From: Tubulanus polymorphus | Taxonomy: Eukaryota > Animalia > Nemertea | Length of the DNA: 64,000 bases | Assembly (NCBI RefSeq): GCF_964204645.1 | Contig: NC_134029.1 | Span: forward strand, 1,488,001 to 1,552,000 | Reading direction: 5' to 3' | Part shown: positions 1-12,100 of the stretch, in pieces | How positions within the stretch are numbered: position 1 is the stretch's first letter | Layout of the letters: each line of letters opens with the position of its first letter | Position numbers and translations under genes: made by a program | The notes under the pieces: model-generated | The model's input: the letters and a program-made list of their open reading frames with translations, nothing else | What the model was told of the DNA's origin: nothing | Databases searched by the model: none

Positions 1-2082
1 GTTATTTCAGAAATGAGGTCGATATAGAGGTGCGGTCAACCGGACAAAATGGATGTCGCTTAATTGATTTACACGCGGTCGATGGGCGTCGTGCAAAGTA
101 AATAATAGGATTAAGTTCTAGTATTGACTTAATACAGTTCAAGTAAATGTCATGCGGAGTTTAAAATGGACAGAATCTCTCTCTAAACTCTCCAGCTAAT
201 CAAGCATCAAATTAACGATCTGTTTCGATTCTTAATTCATTAATTCATGTCGTGTGTTGTAAATTAAGTCGAAGAATTATGAATCTAGAACAGGCGCGGA
301 TCCGGAGGGTTAATTCGGGGGCTCGAATCCCAATTTACCAGGTGAAAGATTCCACCAGACATTGATCTATGACGAAAGTCCATTCCTTTGTTCATTAAAC
401 TTGCATGAAAAATTAACCTTAATTTTCAAAATTTTTTAAAATTCAAACTTTTCAAAAGAACTCCCTACGAGCGCTTCGCACCTTCGCCGCCCGCCACGAC
501 TATAAGAATAAGCTCTTTTCTAAGAATACGATTGATGATGGTTCAGGAACTGGTACCACAGTTTCCTAACTCAAACTCCGGGGATCTGTTCTTGGTGGAT
601 CGGATACCTGTTCGGCAGCCACTTATTTCATATCCAACCGAACCGCGGCTCGTTAGCGACATTCGAGGACCTTCTATGAGATCGCTGGAGGACGGAGATC
701 TGTGCAGTCTGTGTCTCTCAACAATCGGCGATTATTTATCATTATAACGTCCATTACAACTATGTTTCATCGGGAAAGATCACGATAAACTATCAATACA
801 TCTTCTGTGTCGCCATAATCGGAGGTATAGAACGAGAGAGAGAGAGCGACGGTTTACTGAACCGCATTCGGTAATCTCCACGTAGCGTCTCACTCGAGTT
901 TTGACGTCGAGCAAGTAAATGTCTCTAGAAAGCGCTATTCGAATTCTTCATCGATTCTTGAAATTCGATTTGAGATGTTTTCCATTCAATTTCAATGGTT
1001 TGTTGACGAGATTGAACGAATTTATGCAATGATAAAAATAGTTTTTTTTTAAATATTCTATGTATGTCGTCCGCATGGTTTCCGGGCGTGCTGGTTATTT
1101 GGTTAGCTCGAACAGTGAAACCTTGTTTGAGAATTGAAACAAAATAGAAAATAAAACACCCGCTACAATTTTAGAATGATTAGAATTAATTCTGAATAAG
1201 AAATTTACTTTTAAGATACAAAAAAATTAGAAAATACACGACGATTCAGACTCTGCCCGTCTAGAGACCATCGTCAGGAGGAGAGAATCAGTTAATGTCG
1301 ATTAATCTCTAAATCTGAATATCCGCTGCATGAAAGTAGTAATCCATTATTTCCAGTTTCCCGCAGTTCAGTTGTTTTGCTTCCTACGGAAACTTTTAAC
1401 GCGGTTGACGTCTTATTGAAAACCTACTGACAAATAAAACACCTGAGGCTAAGATCCAACAATACATACTCTCATATTCCGTACTGAATAAATCATATAT
1501 ACAACAATTGTTGATCTTGCGCAATTTACATCACATCTAGCTGTTGATTAGAAGTTAATGTTCGTCACCTTTTACGGGACTCGATATTCAACATTATGCG
1601 CGCAGAGGAAGACAGGCATTTATACTAATTTCCTCGTCTAAACAAAGTCTGATTGATGACAGACGATTCATCAATGGTTAATAACCGTTATTCATCAAAA
1701 CGCTTTACTTGATTACCACGCCTAACCACAGTACAGATGATCAACCAGCATACAACTATAAACTCGCTTTCTTATTTCCATAGACAAATAATTAACTCAC
1801 GCTCACGCTCACGCTGAGATAAAATATTCAACTTCAGCGTTCATTAGTTTATTTTCAACTATTTAAATGTTAATCAGAATTGTGGAACTGTCCCCTACAC
1901 TTACGTGTCAGGCGATGTAGACTGATTTCCAAGAACATTTTAGCAGCAAACGGGTTTTTTTCTTTATTTCGATCTGAAATCTAAAAAGCGCTGCGCTTTT
2001 GAAGATATCGAGACGTCACTTATCTCACACCGATTTCTCTTACACGAATTAATTAATTATTTTTTTTTTCTTCAATTTTCAG

Positions 2083-2640
2083 ATGGATCGTACGTTGATG
2101 ACGTGTGCTCTATTCCTCGTGTTTAGCTGCTGTACCCTGGCGACTATCTATGACTATGCATACGACTATCCTCAAGTTACTAATAAACGCGCCTATCGTA
2201 TAAACCCTGACTGTGACTGTTGTTACGCCAGGCCAGACGCTGATTGCTGCGATCGCTGCCGCCCGAGTGTCAACGACTATTCGTCGCTTTATAATCTGTT
2301 CGGAAAGCGCGCGAAACCGACGACGGAATCGGCAGAATCGAGCGCTCAATCATCTCCTGTGAAATCATCATCTTCTTCTGAAATAGTCGAAACGTCCAAA
2401 CGCAGTTTGTATTTCCAGTGTTTGTGTTGTTACGCACGAGGAGAATACGGCTGCTGTAATACTTGTTATAATGACAGTTTCTATAAGCGTTTCGGGCGTT
2501 CAGTCGCAGCGGGTGACATGTTAAAACGTGGTTGGCATTTCGGTAGGTCGAGTCATCACGGAGTGAATCGTGACGGGGACTGTAGATGCTGTCTGACAAC
2601 TGGCAGTGAATATTGCTGCACGATGTGTAGATCAAACTAA
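2083..2640 (+). CDS. Secreted Cys-rich proneuropeptide, CLCCY-like (185 aa)
   Basis: Hydrophobic signal peptide (MDRTLMTCALFLVFSCCTLA), five KR dibasic sites and G-K/R amidation signals. Three repeats of C-x-CC-x7-CC-x2-C, one containing the literal CLCCY. The ATG directly follows a polypyrimidine-AG acceptor, implying a non-coding first exon. TATA-like element near 1757; AATAAA at 3344-3349. Confidence 0.85.
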   Translation: MDRTLMTCALFLVFSCCTLATIYDYAYDYPQVTNKRAYRINPDCDCCYARPDADCCDRCRPSVNDYSSLYNLFGKRAKPTTESAESSAQSSPVKSSSSSEIVETSKRSLYFQCLCCYARGEYGCCNTCYNDSFYKRFGRSVAAGDMLKRGWHFGRSSHHGVNRDGDCRCCLTTGSEYCCTMCRSN

Positions 2641-3472
2641 AATCTATCACAAACATTATGTGAATAATGATGAATATAGTTTCATATCAAAAATTTTAGT
2701 TTTCAATTTTGTCCGTCTTAAAAAAACCTCTATAATCTCTATATCATAATAATGATAATAAGACTTTTCGGACACCGTCGTCCATAGAAGAATATATAAA
2801 TATGATGAATTTACGCAGAAACGTTGGTTATCCATAGTAAAATACACCTATAAATATGCACAGAGTAAACATACATGTACATTTACTGTATTGGCTAAAT
2901 TCTGTCAAAATATGAATAGCTTCGACTGAATGGAATTTAAGGAGTACATTTTTGACGTGAGAATTTTATAATTTAAAGCAAAAACAAGTTAGTTACATTA
3001 AATGTCTATAAATCGCTCCAAAACTATTGTTATTACTCCAGAACATTGTTGGTAATGAATCTGAATTGATAAAGGAAGTGCCTACATGTTAAGGTACCGA
3101 CTATTTATAGACAACGTAGAGATTAACTCAAATTTGTGCCTAGATATTTCGATTCATTTCGTGTATTTGAATCGTCGTCATTTTAACAGTACATATACGT
3201 CACACGACGTGTAGACGTCAGTTTGGTTAATATCGTGTTGGAGAAAACTTAGAAAAAAGACTGTCAAATAATGATAATTGTCGTAGTAAATGTTTTGAAA
3301 TTCTAATACACACACACACAGCCTACAGCTGAAATCATACGGAAATAAAACTATATTTTAATGAAATTTCTTTCAATGAATATCGACTGTGCATTTTTTT
3401 CCGTTTTTCGGACACGCCGGGAACTCCATTTTACTTCGTTGCATTAAATCTGATGCCAATGAAATAACTAAT

Positions 3473-3811
3473 CAGGGGAGGATCCAGGCAGAATTTTCCG
3501 GGTTTTTAAAAAAAAGGTCGAATCTATTGGGTGTCCTTTCGAAAGTCGGCAAGAGATTCTGCTGATTCATCATCAAACTGGTGCCATATCTCTGGTCGGG
3601 GTAAATTGCTGTCAGAAATACGCAGAAATAATTTTCAAATCCTAAGACTAGTCTTTTAAGTTGTTAGATTGGTTTTGGAACTACTAAGATAGTCTTTGAG
3701 TGGTGTTCTGAGCCATGATTATGAAACCGCGTTCTGGTTCTTCTCAAAATGTAGAAATGCCCTTATTTTTCCTTCAAATACAGCCTGGAACTGGCCCTGG
3801 ATACGCCCCTG
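3473..3811. mobile_element. MITE with CAGGGG(A/C)GGATCCAGG-type terminal inverted repeats
   Basis: Starts caggggaggatccagg and ends cctggatacgcccctg, flanked by a ctaat direct repeat (3468-3472, 3812-3816). Related ends occur at ~291, ~17249, 43067-43315 and ~47464. Confidence 0.65.
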
Positions 3812-6169
3812 CTAATGTGATCTCTACATTTAATTATTGCCATTTACATTTACTCTCTGTCGTCTTTACCCCACCCGTAGTAAGAGGTCCATTTACACTC
3901 TTGATTTCCCCATCAATTTACTGATCCATCGTTCATCGATGTCTACTTGAAAGTTGAAATATCATGCTATTCACATCTGAAGAGAACCAGTGCCAGATTC
4001 GACAAGTTTCGGTTAAGTGAAGTGACATATTTTCAGATGCCATATTAACCAAGGTCGTTGTTGCATGCCGAAAAGCTTAAAAATCAGTTTGTACGGATAC
4101 AGCACCGTGATTAACGATTGACGATTAGCGATTGACGATGTCGGCACAGTTATTTAGCAAGTTCATTTAACCTCACTGCAGGACCGCGGCCTTTAAAGTG
4201 TTGCCTGCATAAATGTTGCTTTTCGATGTCAATAGAAATATTGAAGTTGAAAATGACTCCAATATGCGTGGCAGTCTAGGGAACTAGTCCGGAAAATCAG
4301 CCGACAGCGGAAAGGTTTAACTGCAGCCAGTACAAAATTCAGACTGTTTTTGCTGGCCTTTGGGATTCGAGATTAGAAAGGGCGAACGATCACACGGGAA
4401 AATTCTCTAATGCGGTGATCTTTTGATAACAAACAAACGGTATAGAATTCCTAACTGAGTTTCAATGACTGTTTAATACAGGACAACTGGTGGAGTGCTG
4501 CAGGGAGAAATATGAACACCTCTGCGTTCCTGAATATCTTGTTGACGAGAGCCACACTCGACGATCGCTGTATATTTGCATCTCTCTCATATCATAACAA
4601 TTAAATCGATTTGCTAAGTGTCATCTCTTCGATAACTTATTGATGAATTTGAACCGTTCAGTCACAATCTTGAACGACAACTAATCATACCCTGTTGATT
4701 AATATTCATAAGCCGGTGTGCGGGGACGTGTAGTACAATGTATGAATAATAAACAACTAAACCAATAATTCTCTGCGTTTCTCTTCTGAAGAGTCAACTA
4801 ATACTGGCAATCTGCTTTCATTTTAAGGCTTAAGATTATACCTTGTTTCTTATTTCTGCTGAACTTATAAGTTGACCCGGCTGGCCGCCTATCTACCCTG
4901 TACAATAGTTCTTTTTTTGAATCATGATCAAGCTAACCCGGCAGTTATAGAAATCAACTGATTACAAATTTTATCGCAGTTTAGACAATAACCCAGTCGA
5001 TTAGGAAAAACAAGGTATACTTTTATTTCAGCCTAATTTTATATATAAGATACTCGTATTCGATATTTGATGATGGTGAAATAAGGAATTCGAGTTGCGC
5101 AAGACGCTGTGAGATCAAGTTGTGACGAGTGGAAATTCGATATCTGTCAACGACTTTTAAATGACGCTTTTTTGCAGGAAGTTTTTCCCCTACGTGCGCT
5201 TGGTTTGTGTTAGAACTATATATAGTTCAATGTTGATCTAGAATTGGACGCTACCCATCTATTAATTCATCTATCCATCCTCAAGTCAAGATATAATGAT
5301 ACACCCACCTCCGACCTATGTGTTATTCCGGTAGATCTCGAGGGAGAACTAGGTGGATTTAAAGACCGGTGATTATGTGTAGCATTTATCGTTAGAACTG
5401 CAAAGTGTAAGTGGAATCAGTAAGAGCTGTTTACAGTTCACGAGGCGAGGTTTAATAGAATTGTTGTTTTTAAGTCGTTGACTGACTGTATACACACGTA
5501 GACGTGGTGAATGTCATTGACATTAGTTCAATCGTCACAAACAACTTGAACGGACATCGTGAGATAGACGCGCGCTATAAATGTTTCATTTAGGCTAAGT
5601 GCAAATGAATAAAAAAAAAATCTGCAGAGACTGAAATGTATATAAGACTACACACAAAAAGTGTGGTCAAACGGAAATGTTACCGCATACATTTCCCTCG
5701 CAGGCATTCACCATAAATAAAGCAACAAGAACGGATTTTTTAGGGGGATTCAACAGGTCCACTCAGAATAATTCCATTTTTATATTCGAGGATTTCGCCA
5801 CTCGAACTGAATGCGACCGAATCGAGGAACCTGAATTCATTTATCTAGTTCTTAACTAGCGATGCCTTGTGATGCCGAGCCGGATATAAGTATTCATCTC
5901 TCTTAAAAGTCGGGATTTTCCCGCCGATTTTTGTATAAGGTATTTAATCAACGTGCGTTCTCGAAAAACAGGTCTGTGTTCTAATTTTTCGCACACACAC
6001 ATTTATTGTCAACAGTTTGATTGTAGTAGCTACACTCACTCACACACACACACACGCGTACTGTAAGTACTGAGTGTAAGGATATATATATATATATATT
6101 CTGTATATAACGATATAGGAGTTTTCTATTTACAAACTGCTACGACGGACGTCGTCGTGTGTTAATGCA

Positions 6170-9100
6170 ATGTGTGACATGGCTTTACCAAACACGAATC
6201 ACGAACAATGCGACGCTGAAGATGAAGAGACTGATTTCGAAAGCGACAAAACTCACAGTTGGAAACCTAAGGTTTGCATTTTAAGGGAGGTGGGAGATAG
6301 AGATCTGATATATGTATATATATATACAGTGCTGAAACGACCGTATATACTATAGTACCATCATTCAGATCCGTTGTGGCCAGGGGCCGTTTCACAAAGA
6401 CGGTTTAAAGAATCAAGTCATGATAACCCATATAATGTAACTTTAACGAAGCTTAAGTCATCCTTTGGAAACGGACCCCTGATGCTTATATTCTGCCAGT
6501 ACATCGTCGGTACAAACTTGGACAAGTGAGGGGCCATGTTTACAACATGGACTCCAAAGCGAAAGTCCGTGATTAAAGGCCTGGTGATGCATTAAGGCCT
6601 ACAATTCAGGTAATTATTGAAGGTTTTTTGGTAGTTTGGTAGTTAACAACTCTTGAGGCTGACTTTTTATTTATCTCGAATTTAGGTGAAAGATTGCGCG
6701 AAGAGGGCTTATAATCTCATTCAAAAGAAATATATCAGATTTTAATCACGGATTTCGGGCCCCAGTTCTGTTTTACTGCTTTAAATAACACCTCTCGATA
6801 AATATTATGGCAAACATATTTTACTACTCTCATGACCACCGATATGTCATGTTATCCGTGTTGACGGTATATGAATATCTTTCCTATATACGCACATTGC
6901 ATTCCAAAAAATTCCTGATACATACATAACTTAAGAAATCAGCTGCCGATCAATGAACCAAACATATACAATTATCTAATTATTTTGTATCTATGAGACA
7001 CAAATACGAAGGACTCTTTATGTATGTGAATATAAGCTGTATGTACGAAGTCGAAAATTGAATTTTTTAAGTAAATAATCAATTAACGTAAATGAGTTAA
7101 ATGACAGCTGGCGACCTGGTAATTGTATTCGTCCGTAGATAAAAGTGAAAGTGGACGGGAAAGCCGTGGGTTTATATATAGAATATGTGGTCGGGACTTT
7201 TGAAATCATTAAAATGATGTTTGCATAGTTTGTCACGTGCGGGAGGAAAACCCAACATAGTGAACTATTCCCAAAACAATCATCTCTTTGTGACGGCGCG
7301 ACCTTGGAGAACTCCAACCCGCCACGAACTACGTGGCTACCAATAAAAAAACGTCATAAGAGTTTGACATAAGTGTATATTTACGGATATGTGTTTGCCC
7401 TTTACAAATCGTCCTATATTCGAGCGCTCTTCATAATATGAAATATATATAAATATATATACGTGTTCGTTTTTCAAACCGCAGGAATTCATTGAGAAAT
7501 ACGGATTACTTTTACCGGCGCGGCGTCGTTATAGAAGTTCACCCGAGGAGTTGTGTTCTCATGTTGGAAACATCATTCCGATCGTAACTAATCGTGAGGT
7601 AACTAATCGTGGATGATATACTGAACTCATCGGTACTAGTTTATATCTGCTCATACGCATGAGGTTCCGTTTAGAAATTGTGAAAATTCTGAGGCCCAGT
7701 TCCACAGTTCTCTGTTCACAGATTTTGACTGTAGGGTTAAATAAAGTAACACATCGAAAAGAAGCAGTAGCTCTCAGTGTCCCCAGTCTGCTTACACTGT
7801 GCCCGCAGGCGTTCTGGCTTGCGTTCAGGCGTTCTTGACATCAGTCTCATAAAAAAAAAAAAAATCTTGGGGGAACCAGAATCCTAATGACGCGAAAACT
7901 ATATAAAAAAACGAACGAAACGAACTAATTCTGAATGGGCAGAGTCAATCGACGACTGTGGAATTGTGTTCTGCTGAACGCTATCTTCTTCTATCACGCA
8001 TTGTTTCCGGATGAATTTCTAGACATTGCGAAATGAATTCTTGTTGATCAAATGAAAGAATGTCAATCACTTACAAATACTTATACCGAATACTATATAC
8101 AGTATCAGTGTTAGACCTATAGTATATAAAATGTAACCTATTGCTTTACTGATAGTGAAACGGTTAACACATCGATCGTAATTAGTTAAACAATGAATAG
8201 TTAATTTAGACGTAATTAATCGTACTCTTAAATAGGTTAAACTTTGCTATTATTTCGACGACGTCATTGTATTATTTATGGTTTACTAATACGTCGACGA
8301 CGACGGTCGTGTCATTCGTGTTCCCAGGTCATAGCGATAAGCGACGATGACAAACTATACCTCGATAAAGCGTTATTAGAATTGACCGAACGAAATGCTA
8401 TCACGATACAGCGAGCTGTTAGGAAATACATACGCCGAGAGAAACTAAAAACACCGTCGTCGCTAAGTTCTACAGGAGGACGCTCTGTGTTTAAGGTAAG
8501 TGTCGGTTAGTTTAGATACCTCGCCTGATTTTATCCCAGAATGGAGGGAGGCGTATTCTTTCTAAGCGACATTATCTGATTTTACTGTATCAATAACATA
8601 ATACATTATCATTGTGAATACAACTATTAAACCATAGAATTTACGATAGACATCGAGGATGAATCCTATAATACTCGCTGTACGCGATACGTCTCGACAA
8701 GAAACGCGTTTACTCAAAGAATATTTCAGGTCGAATCCCTCCCTATTCAAATTCACAGATCTATTGAGCATTAGCTCACACAATATGATCATAAGAACAG
8801 GGAAACATCTTCGAAAAGTAGCGGTTTCTTGCTGACGGGTAACGTTGAAATGTTGTGTATCATTGTTTTATAATTACTAACATTATGAATGTCATATGAG
8901 TAGTTGCGCTATCGCTATGAAAAACAGTAAATAGATCCAATATTCATGTTCATATACATTGATATTGAAATTGAATTTTAGCAGTGTCTACTTTTCTGTT
9001 GGGTGATTAAAACCTGACTAATATCTGAAATCTGTCATACGCCGATTCCCCGACCTCGCGCTGTCTGTAAAATCGCTTTAAGTCTATACCATAAATCACG

Positions 9101-12100
9101 ATAAAAAAAACTGTCCACAATGTTTTGTGTAACGCTTATCTTTATATAATATCATTGTACATAGATAGATAGTCGATATATACGAACGAACTGCGTAGCA
9201 GTTTTTGTACTGCTTAATGCGTACTTTATGATCCTCGGTGAATTTAGAGAATTCCTTTGTTGTTAGTTTTTGCCGTGATTTTACAACAGAAATCGAACAC
9301 GCTGCTGTCCCGAAAATTGTCCCGAACACGTGAGATCGAGTCCTATCTAATTAGTGTCGTTGTCTTAATTACTAATGGTGTCAGATACTCACACCCAAAC
9401 AATGGATAGATACTTAATAGGTGTCGTATTTTCACAAGTACTCGCTGTTTGTTTGTCTTAATGTTTGTTTCCAGTTTGTTCTTGTTTTGATTGAGATTTG
9501 ATTATTAATATTACATAGCTCGTTATACGTACTATAGCGTTTATATATTAGACCTGATGAGGAACGGGGAATTTTGAATTCAGCGAAATTCGATCGTAAT
9601 ATCAAATTTTGGATTATTCAACGATTAAGTTATTAATCGTTGTGATTGTTTTTCTGGTTTTACAAATCTTTTAACTCACTACCGAAAGTTTATTACAGCT
9701 CGATTCGTCTTTAATTTCAATTTGCAGAACGGTGAAATGATTTACGTCGATGACGAATTCAACGACGAAGACGATTCTTCGACGGAATCGGAAAAGTTAC
9801 GGATGAAAGAAGCGAGTAAGAAGATCTTCACGCACTACACCCGACGAAGCCCGCATTCCGAAGATAACTCCGATATTTTTCCGACCGGTAGCGTTTCCGA
9901 CGAGAGGTAAATCAAAAACGAACAAGAATTCACAAACGAGATTTAATGAAATAAAATCCCATAAAATCGATTCGTAGATTCGATATGTTTTACTATCAAA
10001 TAATGAATCATCGATCAGAGCGAATCCGCGCGCATATTTCTATAGAAATAATCGCAATTTAATGTTGTTTTCCTACGCGAAGGAAGGTTCGTTATTTAAG
10101 GCGTTGTAAAATGATTCATTTATTGTGTATTCGGCCTCTCGTCTGTAGATTGCTTCGTGGAGCCACAGATGCTGTAAAAAATCGCCGCAGCGTTAAATAT
10201 CAAAACCAGAACAACTCAACCGCAAACCACGACGAGAATGATGACGTGAATGTAAGTAATCAGTGATAGAACTGAGAGGAATTATTCGAGGAGCTGTTTT
10301 AATCAACCCGGTGTCAAATCATTACACGTGAAAACAGGTCGTACTGTGAAGGTTAACTTGATTTTATTTTTGGTAAGAAGAGCTTTCGCTGCTAGTGCAT
10401 TGTAGCTTCATCCGGTAAAGTGACGAAGCTACATCATTTACACGATGAAGCTACAATGCACTAGTTACTATAAAGCTTGTTATTAAAGTTAAGGTTAACT
10501 AAAAAGAACTACCTGTTTTCTACCTTTACTGAAGTGAGATAAATGATGACCTTAAGACCATCGTTGGGGTCCTGTTCCGCTGTTTTAGTTAATCGAGTTA
10601 ATAGTTGAAATAAAATCACTTAATTTTCACTCAGAGTCAAATCATATCTCACAACCGTGGAACCGAATCCCGATGTGGAGAAATACTTAAAACGATGAGC
10701 TTTTTTATGACAGTCTGAAGTGCGAGCACCCCTCGAAAATATCACGCCTGGAACTGAGTCGAATTCATCCTCGTAGTTCAATCCTATTATTTTAATCTCG
10801 AAATTCGACGAAATTCCATCCGCCAAGTTGACATTTTTTTTAGTCAGTATCTGACACTTCGACACACGATCTCTGATGAGATTATCAGTGAAAGGGTCAA
10901 GGTCGAATCGTTCCCGACGGAGAGCGGATTGACTGATTCAAAAAGTATGGAACGAAAATTCAGACGTAGCAGAATCAATTCTAATGAGGAAAATATAACT
11001 AATTATTTATCATTCTCTGTTAGTTCGAAATATTTGTACAGATTGAAATGAGTGTTTTTCGATTCTAATGAATATCATAAAATGTCTATGAATATTATGA
11101 ATTTCTAGGATAGTGCAATGGTGACGATGCGTCGTAGTACAGTCGGTACGAAATTCTCGGATCCAGTCGCCGCGACGACCGATAACTCGTCGTCAACCTA
11201 TTCATCAGTGGACGACCAGGATCGAGACAGTATCAAAACACACGAGTCTTACGAGTAAGTATAGATTCAGATAGGCCGGGTACGTTCCCAAACGTACAGC
11301 TCTTTCAACGGGTACACAAAGAATTCATTTCCAAAATCTGCTCCAAATCTGTAACTAGAATCTAGCACTAAGAATGAAATGAAAAGTTGACTGAACTCTA
11401 GCTCAAGGAAACTTTTTCTTGACTCTATTTTTTGCATACGACCAGCTGCAAGCGGTCGCCAGCCTAATATCGCATTTATATCTTAGAAAATGTTGGTCAC
11501 AAGACTCGTGGGTCGATAACTATTGATAAACAACTAAACAATTCTATACTTGTCAATCCTAGGAGTTGTCAGAGTGATGTATTCGTCCCCGATGCTCGGA
11601 GCAGTCCCGTCAACGAACTGGACACATCGGCACCTAAAATCAACCCAGAGAAAGTGAAATTTTTGTTTACGGATGACGTACCGAGACCAATCATCAAACG
11701 ACGCAAGTAAGTCTCCTAAAAAACCTGTAGATTTGAAAGTCGATTTCTCGCCCCTGCGGTGAAAACTAATTTTTGTCAATGTTTGAATATAACAGGGAGC
11801 GGTCGCAGAGTGTTACTGATCTGTTTCGAGGTGTTGCAGACAATGACGACGAATTACCAAACCGTCAACATTTACAAGTTAGTTTCTATAAACCCTTACC
11901 GTAGACCGATATACACGGTCACCTAATGCTAAATTCTAGAAATTCGTCTTTGTTTCAATTAGAAAGATAAGGATGTTAATGTTTATTTGTTACTTTACAG
12001 AGACGACGTAAGATCAGCTCCCGAATAGGAGCGAGGAGGGTCGTGGCTCCTTTACAACAGGAGCCTCCTCCTGATATTACAATCACTAAAGTATACAGTG

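Noticed and set aside
532-747. 71-aa ORF
   Set aside because: Non-ATG start, no recognisable domain and no supporting exon chain.
2110-2656. Minus-strand ORFs overlapping the neuropeptide
   Set aside because: Antisense shadows of the real CDS.
9554-9575. ctgatgag resembling a hammerhead core (also at ~62637)
   Set aside because: No stem II closed by GAAA and no cleavage triplet in register.
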